From the NCBI GenBank assembly GCA_033720555.1, contig JAWWCG010000001.1, positions 3,357 to 67,356 of the forward strand: DNA of 64,000 bases, read 5' to 3'. The position numbers and the translations under genes are program-made. This document shows positions 49,595 through 57,966 of this stretch, piece after piece; position 1 is the stretch's first letter, and each line of letters begins with the position of its first letter. The notes under the pieces are model-generated. The model ran no database searches. It saw only the letters and a list, made by a program, of their open reading frames with translations, and was not told the DNA's origin. Source of the DNA: Kiloniellales bacterium. Lineage in GTDB: Bacteria > Pseudomonadota > Alphaproteobacteria > Kiloniellales > JAKSDN01.

Positions 49595-49972
49595 TTACTT
49601 CTTTCGCAGAAGAAGCCAGCCGACTACGGCGGCGGCGCCGGCAAGGGCAAGGTTCCGACCGGAAAGTTCGAAGCCGTCGACGTGCCGAAGGCCATGGGTG
49701 TGCAACCAATACGGTGAGCCTTCCTTTCGCACCTCAAAGAACGGAAGACGTTGCTCGCGCTTGTGGAGGTAGTATGGGCTGTCCTTGTCAGGGACACGGA
49801 AGAACTGCGAAAGGTTGGTCACGTCGCCCATCGTGACCGGCGTTCCTTCGTCAAGTTCCATGACGTCCGCCAGCGCGCGATGTTCGGCCGACCAGGAGCG
49901 GCCTTCTGGCAGACCTTTCCATCGCCCCTGGTATTCTGGCTGCTGAAAGCCAAAGCGATATCCGAGGGGCAT
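49595..49972 (-). CDS. C-tail-anchored protein
   Basis: 125 aa. The C-terminus LALAGAAAVVGWLLL + RKK. TAATG overlap at 49972. Confidence 0.55.
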   Translation of the reverse strand: MPLGYRFGFQQPEYQGRWKGLPEGRSWSAEHRALADVMELDEGTPVTMGDVTNLSQFFRVPDKDSPYYLHKREQRLPFFEVRKEGSPYWLHTHGLRHVDGFELSGRNLALAGAAAVVGWLLLRKK

Positions 49973-50895
49973 TAGCGGCGTCCTTTCTTCTTGGCCGGTT
50001 TTTTCGTTTGCGTCATCGCCAGAAGGATTCCGCCTCCAATGGCCGCCAAACCAATCGGCGACATCGCAAACTCCATGAGGCCGCCTTTTGGCTTGAGGTC
50101 GGGCGGGTGAATGACTTGCCCTGACGGGCTGGCAATTGAAGGAGGCTGCTCTGGCGGAGGCGACGGAGGTCGCGCAGGGGCGCGACGCTGGTCAGCGTAG
50201 TCTTTGAACTCGGCGAGAAGGACGTCTGCGACCGAAGCGACGCCATCCTCGGTCCCAAAGGGAACGATAGACATGCCGAGTGCGTCCTGGGCCTTCTGCA
50301 CGCTGTCAATGGTGTCGGGTCCAATGCGTCCATCAATGCCCACGGCCTTCGCTGCCCCGACAGCCGCCATGCGATTGAGCTGCGTTTGAAGACCCTTGAA
50401 CACGGCGAGCGTCTGAGCATCCATTGGAATTGCGATGCCAGCCAGGACGCGGCAATTGGGCTTTGGGTGCCGTTTGGAGCACCAGGAGGTCGTGCTTAGG
50501 TTGCCCATCGCCAAGCGGCCTCCTTTGATTTCTCGCAAAGCGCCCAGGCCCTCGTCGAAGGGATTCACGGGCGCTCGCTTGGTGGGTGACGCATTGAGAA
50601 CGTCCTCAACGATGTTGACCCAGGGACGACTCTTCCACTGCGGCCCGGCGACGATGCGCAGAGCGCGCATGGTCGCGTCGTCGACAAAGCCGTCGCGGCG
50701 GGTGAAGTACCCAAGCCGCGACAAGTAGCTCTGAATTCCTTCGACGAGCATAATGATGTTTGGCGCATAGGGGTCCACCGTCGATGGCGTAAACCATACA
50801 AAGGGAATGATCATTGTCGCATTGACGCGATCAATGCCGAGGTCCATGAGGATGTCGACGACATCGTTTTGCCCTTGAGGCCGTGGCTCGCGCAT
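49972..50895 (-). CDS. C-tail-anchored protein with two peptidoglycan-binding-like (PG_binding_1-like) repeats
   Basis: IQSYLSRLGYFTRRDGFVDDATMRALRIVAG and LNRMAAVGAAKAVGIDGRIGPDTIDSVQKAQ. The C-terminus IGLAAIGGGILLAM + KKPAKKKGRR. Confidence 0.55.
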   Translation of the reverse strand: MREPRPQGQNDVVDILMDLGIDRVNATMIIPFVWFTPSTVDPYAPNIIMLVEGIQSYLSRLGYFTRRDGFVDDATMRALRIVAGPQWKSRPWVNIVEDVLNASPTKRAPVNPFDEGLGALREIKGGRLAMGNLSTTSWCSKRHPKPNCRVLAGIAIPMDAQTLAVFKGLQTQLNRMAAVGAAKAVGIDGRIGPDTIDSVQKAQDALGMSIVPFGTEDGVASVADVLLAEFKDYADQRRAPARPPSPPPEQPPSIASPSGQVIHPPDLKPKGGLMEFAMSPIGLAAIGGGILLAMTQTKKPAKKKGRR

Positions 50896-51936
50896 TTATT
50901 TCCTCGTGAGAATGAATGCCAGGGCGACGGCGCCGCCGGCGATGGCGATGGGGACGATGGGAAGGCCACCGGCGGGTTGCGCGACGGGCATTTGCGGAGG
51001 CGGTGGCGGGTCACTGGCGCAGAGTGCGGCGCCAATCTGAGCGCCTGCCATCCCCGCTTGAGGCGGGGCGCCCAGCGCCCCGGCCCCAGCTCCAACGGCG
51101 ACTTGCCCGGTGGGATGTGATGCGACGCGACAGGCGGCGTTGGCAATCTTGGATAGCGCCTTTTTGCCGAAATCGTAGGCGGCCGATGCGCCCGAGCGAA
51201 CGGCGCTTCCGATTCTCTTGGCGCCGCTGTAGATGCCCTTGCCGGTCGCCGTTACTGCCCGGGCCGGGGCCGTCACGACGCTCTTGACTCTCGACCAGAA
51301 ACCTTCAAGCACCGCCTGCTCTGCCTCGGCGCCATAGCAGCCAAGGCCCATGAGAGATTTGAGCTGAGGCGACTTTCCGCTTCTTCCGGCCTTCACGAAA
51401 TCCTCGACGAGGCCCTGGCTCATGGCCGAGGCAATGCCCCCGCGCAGCGCCGCGGCGGCAGTGGCCCCCTGCATGCGGAGCTGGTTGGCCTTTTGCGATA
51501 CGCGCACCCATAGCTTGGGGTCCACTTCGTCAAAAAGGGCCTTCATGGCGGCCTTGCGCTCTGATTGCGGAACCTGCTGGATTGCCTTCATGATGTAGGA
51601 CGCCACGGTTTTTCCAAAATCACCGACGGGGTCAGACGCGGGCCCAAGGCCGCCCTCGTCGTCACCTAGGTAATCGAGAACGCCGGTGTCGATCGTGCGT
51701 CGCGGCATATATTTGGTCCGGCGCGCGTTCACGCGCTCAGTGGCAGGGCCTTCGAGAAGGACGTGGTCGGGGTATGCAAAGCCCGGTCGCCAGGCTTTTG
51801 TGATCTCGCGCGGTACGAGCGTGTCGACCGTTCGGCGCGGCATATACTTGGTGCGGTGGGCGCCTCGCCCTGGCGCTTCGACGCTCACCCAGCTGGGAAG
51901 CGCGAAGCCGGGATTCCATGGCGGTGGGATCTTCAT
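50896..51936 (-). CDS. C-tail-anchored protein with internal W-PGFA-P...RTKYMPRRT-DT repeat
   Basis: ATG 51936 with AGGAG upstream. Two ~42-aa repeats. The C-terminus LPIVPIAIAGGAVALAFIL + TRK. Confidence 0.55.
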   Translation of the reverse strand: MKIPPPWNPGFALPSWVSVEAPGRGAHRTKYMPRRTVDTLVPREITKAWRPGFAYPDHVLLEGPATERVNARRTKYMPRRTIDTGVLDYLGDDEGGLGPASDPVGDFGKTVASYIMKAIQQVPQSERKAAMKALFDEVDPKLWVRVSQKANQLRMQGATAAAALRGGIASAMSQGLVEDFVKAGRSGKSPQLKSLMGLGCYGAEAEQAVLEGFWSRVKSVVTAPARAVTATGKGIYSGAKRIGSAVRSGASAAYDFGKKALSKIANAACRVASHPTGQVAVGAGAGALGAPPQAGMAGAQIGAALCASDPPPPPQMPVAQPAGGLPIVPIAIAGGAVALAFILTRK

Positions 51937-51946
51937 AGGTCGACTC

Positions 51947-52423
51947 CTAGGCGACAGGCCAGAAGCGCTCGGCGACGACCCGACCGTGCATCTCATCGGT
52001 GCGCCCGCCGGCTACGGGGTCAAGGGTAATCCAGCGTCCGGAGCGGGGCTCGCGGGCCTGGGCAAAGACATGGCTGTATTGGCGTTGCCCGCGATAGAAC
52101 ATATCGCGGAAGGCGACCGTCACAATGCGGCACTGGCCGCCGACGGCTAAGATGAGGGCGCAGATGAGCGCCGCCATGTCGTCGCAGTCAAGGCTTGGAA
52201 TCTTTCCGGCGGCAAGTTCCTTTGCGACCAGGCTAGGGCTGCGGACAAGCTCAACCGTGCGAGGGTCGCGGGAATAGCGCGTGCGCGAAAGGACGTAGTA
52301 GTAGATGGCAAGGTACTCAGAGAGAAAGTCCTTGCTGGGGAGGCCGCCGACGATGTCCTCGGCGAGAGAGCGGACGGCGTAGTCGTTCTGAGACGTCAGC
52401 GCCGCCCGCCGAATCACCGCCAC
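51947..52423 (-). CDS. Transglutaminase-like cysteine protease-fold protein
   Basis: SLDCDDMAALICALILAVGGQCRIV ... YSHVFAQA ... RWITLDPV. Cys/His/Asp order and spacing are as in the transglutaminase-core superfamily. Confidence 0.55.
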   Translation of the reverse strand: MAVIRRAALTSQNDYAVRSLAEDIVGGLPSKDFLSEYLAIYYYVLSRTRYSRDPRTVELVRSPSLVAKELAAGKIPSLDCDDMAALICALILAVGGQCRIVTVAFRDMFYRGQRQYSHVFAQAREPRSGRWITLDPVAGGRTDEMHGRVVAERFWPVA

Positions 52424-52480
52424 GGTCTGCGGGGCCCCTTGGTAGGGGCTGCGTTGTACCGTCTTATGGAGGCGCAGGGG

Positions 52481-54079
52481 TCATGGGCTTTCCTCGGCAA
52501 CCGGTGGGTCAGGGTCTGTCGTACCTTCCAGGAGGAATTTCGCGACCTGTCGGACGTAATCGCGACCAGCGACTGTGGCTAGGGGAGAGCCGTCCTCGAT
52601 AGTAGCAACTTTGTTCAGGAAGGCGTCAATCCCTTCCCGCTTCACATAGGCCAAAATTCCCTGCGGGATCATGTTGCGGGCCGATTGTGCCAGGACGGTA
52701 GCGGGGGTGTTGTTGCGATACGCCGCCTCCAAGAGGAGGACCGCCTTCTTGATGTCGGCAGGGTCGACGTTGAGCGGCGGACCGTTGGCTTCGGCCTCCG
52801 CCTTCGCCTTTTGCGCGGCCTGCATGCGGGCCACGACGCTCGCTGGCATTTGCACGAGCTTGCCGTCAGGGCGGCGCACGGTGACCATCTGCTCGACGGG
52901 GGGCTCGCCCTCGGGCAGCTCCGAGGGGCCTTCGGCGTCATCCGGGTCAAATTCGCCGCTGCCTGCGACCCGGGTCGCGATTCCCTTGGCAAGCGAGCTG
53001 TTGAAGACCAGCTCGGCGGCGCGCTCCCAGCCCGTCTTTGGTGACTCATCGTTGTTGGGCAAAAGAGCGTCAAATCCCGACTTCAAGCTCACAAGTCCTT
53101 GGATTTGCTCAAGGGGGCTCTGCTCTTTTCGGGCTCGCAAGGCCGCCAGCTCAGACTCTCGGGCCTCTAGCTCGCGCTCCAGGCGGCGCATGATGTCTTT
53201 GAGGCCGTCCACGCGCATTTCGAAGCCGTGACGCTGGCTGTCCATCGCCTGCTGGTGAGCCTGGGCCATGGTGGCCAGCTCGCGCGCATGGGATTCGCGC
53301 ATCGCCTGCATGTCGCGCTCGTGGCGATCTTCCCGCCGGCGAATTTCCTCGCGGTTGAAGTCGCGCATCTGGCGAAGCTCGCTCTCATGGGTCTGCCGCA
53401 GGCTGTCTAGGCGGTTTGCCTCCTGCGAGCTGGACTTGTCCATGAGGTCGATGAGGCGGTCAGAGGCGCTCGTGTCGGCCGGCCGGTTCAAGACGCTGAT
53501 GAGGGCCTGCTCCTTTTGGTTGAGGGCGTCCTGCATCAGCCGCAACTGATCGCGTAGCGGGTCCATGACGCGCGAGATGCCATCCCAGTCGGTGCCCTGG
53601 GAAGCGCGCTCGCGTTCGCGCTCGGCGCGCCTCTCTGCGTCCTGGGCCATTTGATGGGCCAGGCTCATTGCATGCTCGACCGGGCCATTGGCGGCCTTGC
53701 CATTGGGCGACGGCGAATCCTCGTGCATGAGCGAATCAATTCGCGGCACGCCGGCAATGTCGAAGGTTCGCGCGCCCGCATAGCGCCAGGTTGGGGAGCC
53801 CTTCTTGGTCCGCGCAGGCTTGTGAACGATGAGCTGGTAGCGCCCCCCGCCATGCTCCTGCGCGATGCGCTCCACGGTGACGGGCTCCTCATAGCGCGAG
53901 AGGCTACCGCCGGTCTTGATGCCCTTGTACGTCGTCGGCGAGATGCGCTTCAGCATGACCCGGATGGCGCCCTCAGAGCCGAACTGACTCATCCAGTCAT
54001 ATAGTTCTTGGTCGCTATCCTTTTCGATTTGCTCCTCGGGGGAGTCGATCTCGTCTTCAAACTCAACTGCTGGCGGCAC
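52481..54079 (-). CDS. Coiled-coil-rich protein (scaffold-like)
   Basis: 532 aa. The central ~200 aa are charged heptad-like (AERRAERERERA...RQMRDFNREEIRRREDRHERDMQAM...ELEARESELAALRARKE). Confidence 0.55.
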   Translation of the reverse strand: MPPAVEFEDEIDSPEEQIEKDSDQELYDWMSQFGSEGAIRVMLKRISPTTYKGIKTGGSLSRYEEPVTVERIAQEHGGGRYQLIVHKPARTKKGSPTWRYAGARTFDIAGVPRIDSLMHEDSPSPNGKAANGPVEHAMSLAHQMAQDAERRAERERERASQGTDWDGISRVMDPLRDQLRLMQDALNQKEQALISVLNRPADTSASDRLIDLMDKSSSQEANRLDSLRQTHESELRQMRDFNREEIRRREDRHERDMQAMRESHARELATMAQAHQQAMDSQRHGFEMRVDGLKDIMRRLERELEARESELAALRARKEQSPLEQIQGLVSLKSGFDALLPNNDESPKTGWERAAELVFNSSLAKGIATRVAGSGEFDPDDAEGPSELPEGEPPVEQMVTVRRPDGKLVQMPASVVARMQAAQKAKAEAEANGPPLNVDPADIKKAVLLLEAAYRNNTPATVLAQSARNMIPQGILAYVKREGIDAFLNKVATIEDGSPLATVAGRDYVRQVAKFLLEGTTDPDPPVAEESP

Positions 54080-54578
54080 TGGGCGCCTCCTCTTCGTCGC
54101 CGGCGGGGGCGGCTTGCATGGTGGCCTGGGCGTCGCCGTCGCCGTCGTCGTCGCTGTCGTCGTCGGTAGCGTCCTCGATGGTCACGTCTTCGACCATCTC
54201 CGAGCAGACCGTCGCGGCGTGCTCGAAGGCCCCGACCATGTTGGCCAACTCGGTCGGCATAGGAGCATCGGCGGTCCAGACATCCAGCTTGCGAATCATT
54301 TCGCAAAGCGTGGCGCCGATCCCCAGGGTCCCCTGGATGCGGCCCGCCAGCATAGGCAAAAGGATTGACTCCCCGCCGCTGAGGTATTCGGCGACGGCGT
54401 CCTCGACGGCCTGGACCCGGTCGCCCTGCTCGCTTGCGGACTGCGCGATTGCGGCGGCGATAAAGCGAAGGAGCGGATAGACGTTGTTCTCTAGCTCCTT
54501 TTTTGGGTCTATCACCGCCGCGCCGGCGATAACTTTCTGCGCGCGGTCAATTTCACTCAGAATCGTTGCTGCGTCCAT
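54063..54578 (-). CDS. hypothetical protein with poly-acidic C-terminus
   Basis: 171-aa ORF. The tail is DATDDDSDDDGDGD. Overlaps neighbours on both sides. Confidence 0.5.
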   Translation of the reverse strand: MDAATILSEIDRAQKVIAGAAVIDPKKELENNVYPLLRFIAAAIAQSASEQGDRVQAVEDAVAEYLSGGESILLPMLAGRIQGTLGIGATLCEMIRKLDVWTADAPMPTELANMVGAFEHAATVCSEMVEDVTIEDATDDDSDDDGDGDAQATMQAAPAGDEEEAPSAASS

Positions 54579-54990
54579 CGGAGCCTCCTAGGCCATGCTT
54601 TCGAGACCAGCGTGCCTGGCGACGCTCACGCCGGCGAATCAGGAGAGGCGCCGGGTCCCATTGGTTGCACGTATAAACGGGTGAGTCGCCAGAGAGTTCA
54701 AGGAAGACGCCCGGGATTGCCGTGCAATAGCGGTGGGTTTGCCGCGGCGCCTTCGTCAAGGACCCTGCCGGGTTACCGGCATCGAAGTGGCTTTCCGCTC
54801 GGAAGTAATACCGGCAGTCGCGGACGCACGGAACGAACTCAGGCTCGTACGGTTTCGCCGCCTCGGGCGGCGGCAGCGGTAGCGCCGGGACTCCCAGAAG
54901 CGCCCCAGGCGGCATGGGCGACGGCTCGCCCGACTCAAGCGTCCCCATTGCGGGCGCTTGCTTGTCCTCGTCCCTTGCTGAACCTCGCAT
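54553..54990 (-). CDS. first gene of the late operon; Cys-containing protein
   Basis: 145-aa ORF adjoining the 950-nt non-coding region. Confidence 0.45.
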   Translation of the reverse strand: MRGSARDEDKQAPAMGTLESGEPSPMPPGALLGVPALPLPPPEAAKPYEPEFVPCVRDCRYYFRAESHFDAGNPAGSLTKAPRQTHRYCTAIPGVFLELSGDSPVYTCNQWDPAPLLIRRRERRQARWSRKHGLGGSDGRSNDSE

Positions 54991-55680
54991 GAATCCTCCT
55001 GGCTGCGCAACGTAAACCGTTTACGCAGGGTTGCAAGGGGCCAGCAACGCCATTTGCCCAGCGTTTTTTCTAGAGGATTTCGGAAATGGTTTTGTGAACG
55101 AGCAAGGGCCGCAAGCAAACGGAGTCCAAGAGCGGCGCGGGTTTCGCGAGAGGCCGAAAAACGGGCCCGGCAGTTCCCGGTCTCGGTGCCCATTGGCAAG
55201 CGGGAGGCGCGGGAGCGCGCGGTTAGCTCAACCCAATGCTTGGAGTCAAGGCCGGGAATTCCCCCGGGTCACCCACGTGGTATGATGCAGGCAATCCCGG
55301 GGACCGATTGTGGGCGCGGGTGGTTTTTGCCCCTACCTCCCGGGCGTGCGCCGCTTTGCAAGGGGCGTGCCAGAGAAACTTTCGAGCGGAAACCCCCGCG
55401 GGAAACTAGTTTCCCGGGCCGCGAAAAAGTTTGCGCGGTCTAACGTTGCGGAATGCCGGGGTTGGTGCGAAAATTTGTGCGCGTGGTCCCGGTGACTACA
55501 TGGGTAACCGCCCGGATTTATTGGCGAGCGATCCCGGCACGGCCCCTGCAGTATCCCTGGTTTCCATGTTCTCTGCCAGCCGGCACCCACACCAACCTAC
55601 ACGCCCCGGCGCTTCGTGCGTCGGGGCGTGCGGTTTGGCGTTTTCGGTTGACGGGAAAACCCCGGTATTCGCCGGGGGCG

Positions 55681-55767
55681 CTGTCAGCGCCGCGACAAGC
55701 GGCGCTCCCGCTGGCGACGGCGCTCGTCGCCAGCGAACGGGAGCGCCGCTTGTCGCGGCCCTGACAG
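55681..55767. repeat. 87-nt compound hairpin (7 + 21 + 9 bp stems)
   Basis: CTGTCAG..CCGCGACAAGCGGCGCTCCCG-CTGGCGACG-gcgct-CGTCGCCAG-cgaa-CGGGAGCGCCGCTTGTCGCGG..CTGACAG. Confidence 0.85.
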
Positions 55768-55942
55768 CCAATAGCGCGCGCGTCATGGGCGCGCGACGCC
55801 CCGCCGGATTTTTCGGATCTCGCGGCCCCCGCGTCATTGTACGCTGACAAGGGGGAGTGTAATAGTTTCGCGTACATTGGGAGTGAGGGCACCCGTGTGT
55901 CCGACACACGGAGGCCCTACATAGGAACGAAAGGCTTACACA

Positions 55943-56284
55943 ATGGCAAAAAAAGACACTCAAGCCGATACTGCGCTCGTCTCTGCGACCTTGCCCGCTA
56001 ATCTCGCCCCCCGTGGGGAAATGGCGGAAAAGGTGGGAGAGATGACTGTGCTCGTCGGATCCAAAGCGGTTACACGTACGGTCACCGGCGACGATGTAGA
56101 CAAACAGGTGAGGCGAGCGCTCGGGCGGGAGATTGGCTCGGCATTTCAGGCGCAATGGCAAGCGGACGCTATCGCGAATAGACTCACCTCGGAGGCTGAG
56201 GTAGTCAACCTGCCGGTAAAGGTAGTACGGTTGCGCATAGCGCAACGTGCGCGCGGCATGCGCCCGCTCGTCGGCGACGAGTAA
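55943..56284 (+). CDS. hypothetical early protein
   Basis: 113 aa. Starts ACACAATGGCAAA (shared leader/start motif). Confidence 0.55.
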   Translation: MAKKDTQADTALVSATLPANLAPRGEMAEKVGEMTVLVGSKAVTRTVTGDDVDKQVRRALGREIGSAFQAQWQADAIANRLTSEAEVVNLPVKVVRLRIAQRARGMRPLVGDE

Positions 56285-56293
56285 GGGATTATC

Positions 56294-56363
56294 CGCCCCG
56301 GCGCGATGCGCCGGGGCGCATACCAAGAGCCCACACCGGCGTCGGTGTGGGCTCTTGGTATGC
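56294..56363 (+). terminator. Tandem perfect hairpins (11 bp and 21 bp) after the first early gene
   Basis: CGCCCCGGCGC-gat-GCGCCGGGGCG, then GCATACCAAGAGCCCACACCG-gcgt-CGGTGTGGGCTCTTGGTATGC, then GTTTA. Confidence 0.55.
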
Positions 56364-57049
56364 GTTTAACGGATGATTTACTTGCTCGGCGCCATGCGGC
56401 GCGCCTTGCCATACATAGGGGGGAGATCCCCGACGTGTCGGGCATTGGCGATGCCGTGGCGCGCGCATGCGCCGCGCGCGCATGGCAAAACTTGCGGGCG
56501 GAAATTGCCCGGGATACGGGAGAATCTCACTTTTTCCCCCGGGAGCGCACGGTATCACACGCGGCGTCAATTGCGGGTGAGCGCATGCGCACACTGTGTG
56601 CGCATGTCGTCGTCGCGTATCTCGCCGACGATCGGCCGGGCGATCCCCGGGAGTATGCGGTCGCATACTTCGCTGCATTGGATCGGGTGTCGGAGCGTAT
56701 CCGGCAATCGGCCGATCGGCGCGCCACGGTTTCCCCTGCCCCCCTGCGTGCGACGGTGCGATCCGGTGTGCGCAATGGTAGGAGCGCCGGGGCGCGGCAT
56801 GGAGTCGACCCGATCGCGGCGACAATCCCCGGCGCGGATTGGCGCGTTAGTGAGGCGTTTCGGCGCCTTGAACGCGAGGCACGCGATCTGCTAGCGAGCG
56901 AACGGGCGGAGGCGGCGCACGCCGCACGCCGCGCGCCGTCGGCGCGTCGGACCGTTGTTTACACTGCGACGGCGACCGGTGCGGTGACGGTAGAAACCCG
57001 GGCGAAAAAGCGCAAGCGCGGGGGGCGCCGACACCGGCGCCGCAAGTAG
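56360..57049 (+). CDS. hypothetical Arg-rich protein; start uncertain
   Basis: First ATG outside hairpin 1 lies inside hairpin 2. The C-terminus is KKRKRGGRRHRRRK. Confidence 0.4.
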   Translation: MRLTDDLLARRHAARLAIHRGEIPDVSGIGDAVARACAARAWQNLRAEIARDTGESHFFPRERTVSHAASIAGERMRTLCAHVVVAYLADDRPGDPREYAVAYFAALDRVSERIRQSADRRATVSPAPLRATVRSGVRNGRSAGARHGVDPIAATIPGADWRVSEAFRRLEREARDLLASERAEAAHAARRAPSARRTVVYTATATGAVTVETRAKKRKRGGRRHRRRK

Positions 57050-57071
57050 GCTAGCGCGCACATCGATGTAA

Positions 57072-57109
57072 GCCTGCCGGGCGTTGCCCGGCGGGCCTTT
57101 TTGCGTTTT
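57072..57109 (+). terminator. Rho-independent terminator
   Basis: GCCTGCCGGGC-gtt-GCCCGGCGGGC (one G-U pair), then CTTTTTGCGTTTT, 23 nt after the stop. Confidence 0.65.
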
Positions 57110-57123
57110 CGGGCGTAAGCCCG

Positions 57124-57142
57124 TGGGAAAAGGGACGACACA
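57124..57142 (+). promoter_or_regulatory. Conserved early-gene leader, copy A
   Basis: TGGGAAAAGGGACGACACA directly before ATGGCAAAC. Confidence 0.4.
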
Positions 57143-57505
57143 ATGGCAAACGGCAATACAGGTACGGCAAACGCGCGCCTTTGGATCCGATATCAGGGCG
57201 CATGGGTAAAGCTCACACTGCGACCCGAGGAACGTATCGAATTCGGGTTTCATGCGCCTACGGAGGAAGGCTTCCGTAGCGAGGGCTGCATTTTGGAGCA
57301 TAACGGCGCGCATGTGTCGATGCACCGTTACTACCGATCGCGGGATTGCGATGGAGTCTATAGCGGGCACTCGTTGATGCGGTGCCCGTTGGACAATTTG
57401 CATTCCGTCGACGTCGACGTCGACGGCGAAACCTTTCGCCGTCCCGATTGGAAAGAACTATCGCGACTCGACCGAGATCACGCGGCCGAGGATGCGGGAT
57501 ACTAA
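57143..57505 (+). CDS. hypothetical early protein
   Basis: 120 aa. MANGNTGT... Confidence 0.55.
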   Translation: MANGNTGTANARLWIRYQGAWVKLTLRPEERIEFGFHAPTEEGFRSEGCILEHNGAHVSMHRYYRSRDCDGVYSGHSLMRCPLDNLHSVDVDVDGETFRRPDWKELSRLDRDHAAEDAGY

Positions 57506-57543
57506 GACGCGAACCAATAAAACGGAAACGGGGACAAGGGACG

Positions 57544-57879
57544 ATGAAACGAATCGCAATGGCAACCACGCTCGCAATCGCTCTTTCCGGCTGCTCCTGG
57601 GCATTCCAGGATACGCTTCCGGATATTCATAAGCCGGGTGACGCGCCCATGTGCAGCAAGGGCAAGGGATGGCCGATCGTTGACACGGTTTTCATGGTCA
57701 GCAACCTTCTCGCAATGGCGGTCTACCTCGACGCGGAGTATGGGGGCGCCGCCGCAGTGCAAGGCGGGTTCGCCGCACTATGGGGCGCGAGCGCTTACTC
57801 GGGGTTTAAGAACGCCGGGGAGTGCAAGCAAGCCTATTTCGATTATGTCCGCAAAGAGCGAGAAAGGAACGAACGGTAA
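57544..57879 (+). CDS. Lipoprotein
   Basis: MKRIAMATTLAIALSGC has a lipobox L-S-G-C. Followed by a hydrophobic segment VDTVFMVSNLLAMAVYL. Confidence 0.6.
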   Translation: MKRIAMATTLAIALSGCSWAFQDTLPDIHKPGDAPMCSKGKGWPIVDTVFMVSNLLAMAVYLDAEYGGAAAVQGGFAALWGASAYSGFKNAGECKQAYFDYVRKERERNER

Positions 57880-57949
57880 GGCTGTCGGCGCCCCGCACGG
57901 GGCGCGCATCGAGCGCTCGTGCGAGCGTTGGGTGGGCATCCCGTGCCCT

Positions 57950-57966
57950 TGGGAAAGGAACGAAAC
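57950..57966 (+). promoter_or_regulatory. Conserved early-gene leader, copy B
   Basis: TGGGAAAGGAACGAAAC directly before ATGGACAATGGCAAA. Confidence 0.4.

Noticed and set aside
52481-54079. Possible portal protein, on the basis of its size (532 aa) and position near the head of the late operon.
   Set aside because: The central third is a highly charged coiled coil (ERRAERERERA..., RRREDRHERD...), which fits a scaffold or internal protein better. I recognised no portal-like blocks, but only a profile search can settle this.
55054-55847. Track ORFs 55054-55443, 55431-55847 and 55496-56326 in the late/early intergenic region.
   Set aside because: The translations are Arg/Pro/Gly/Ala-rich with no SD or coupling. 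The region is packed with palindromes and hairpins, so it is treated as non-coding.
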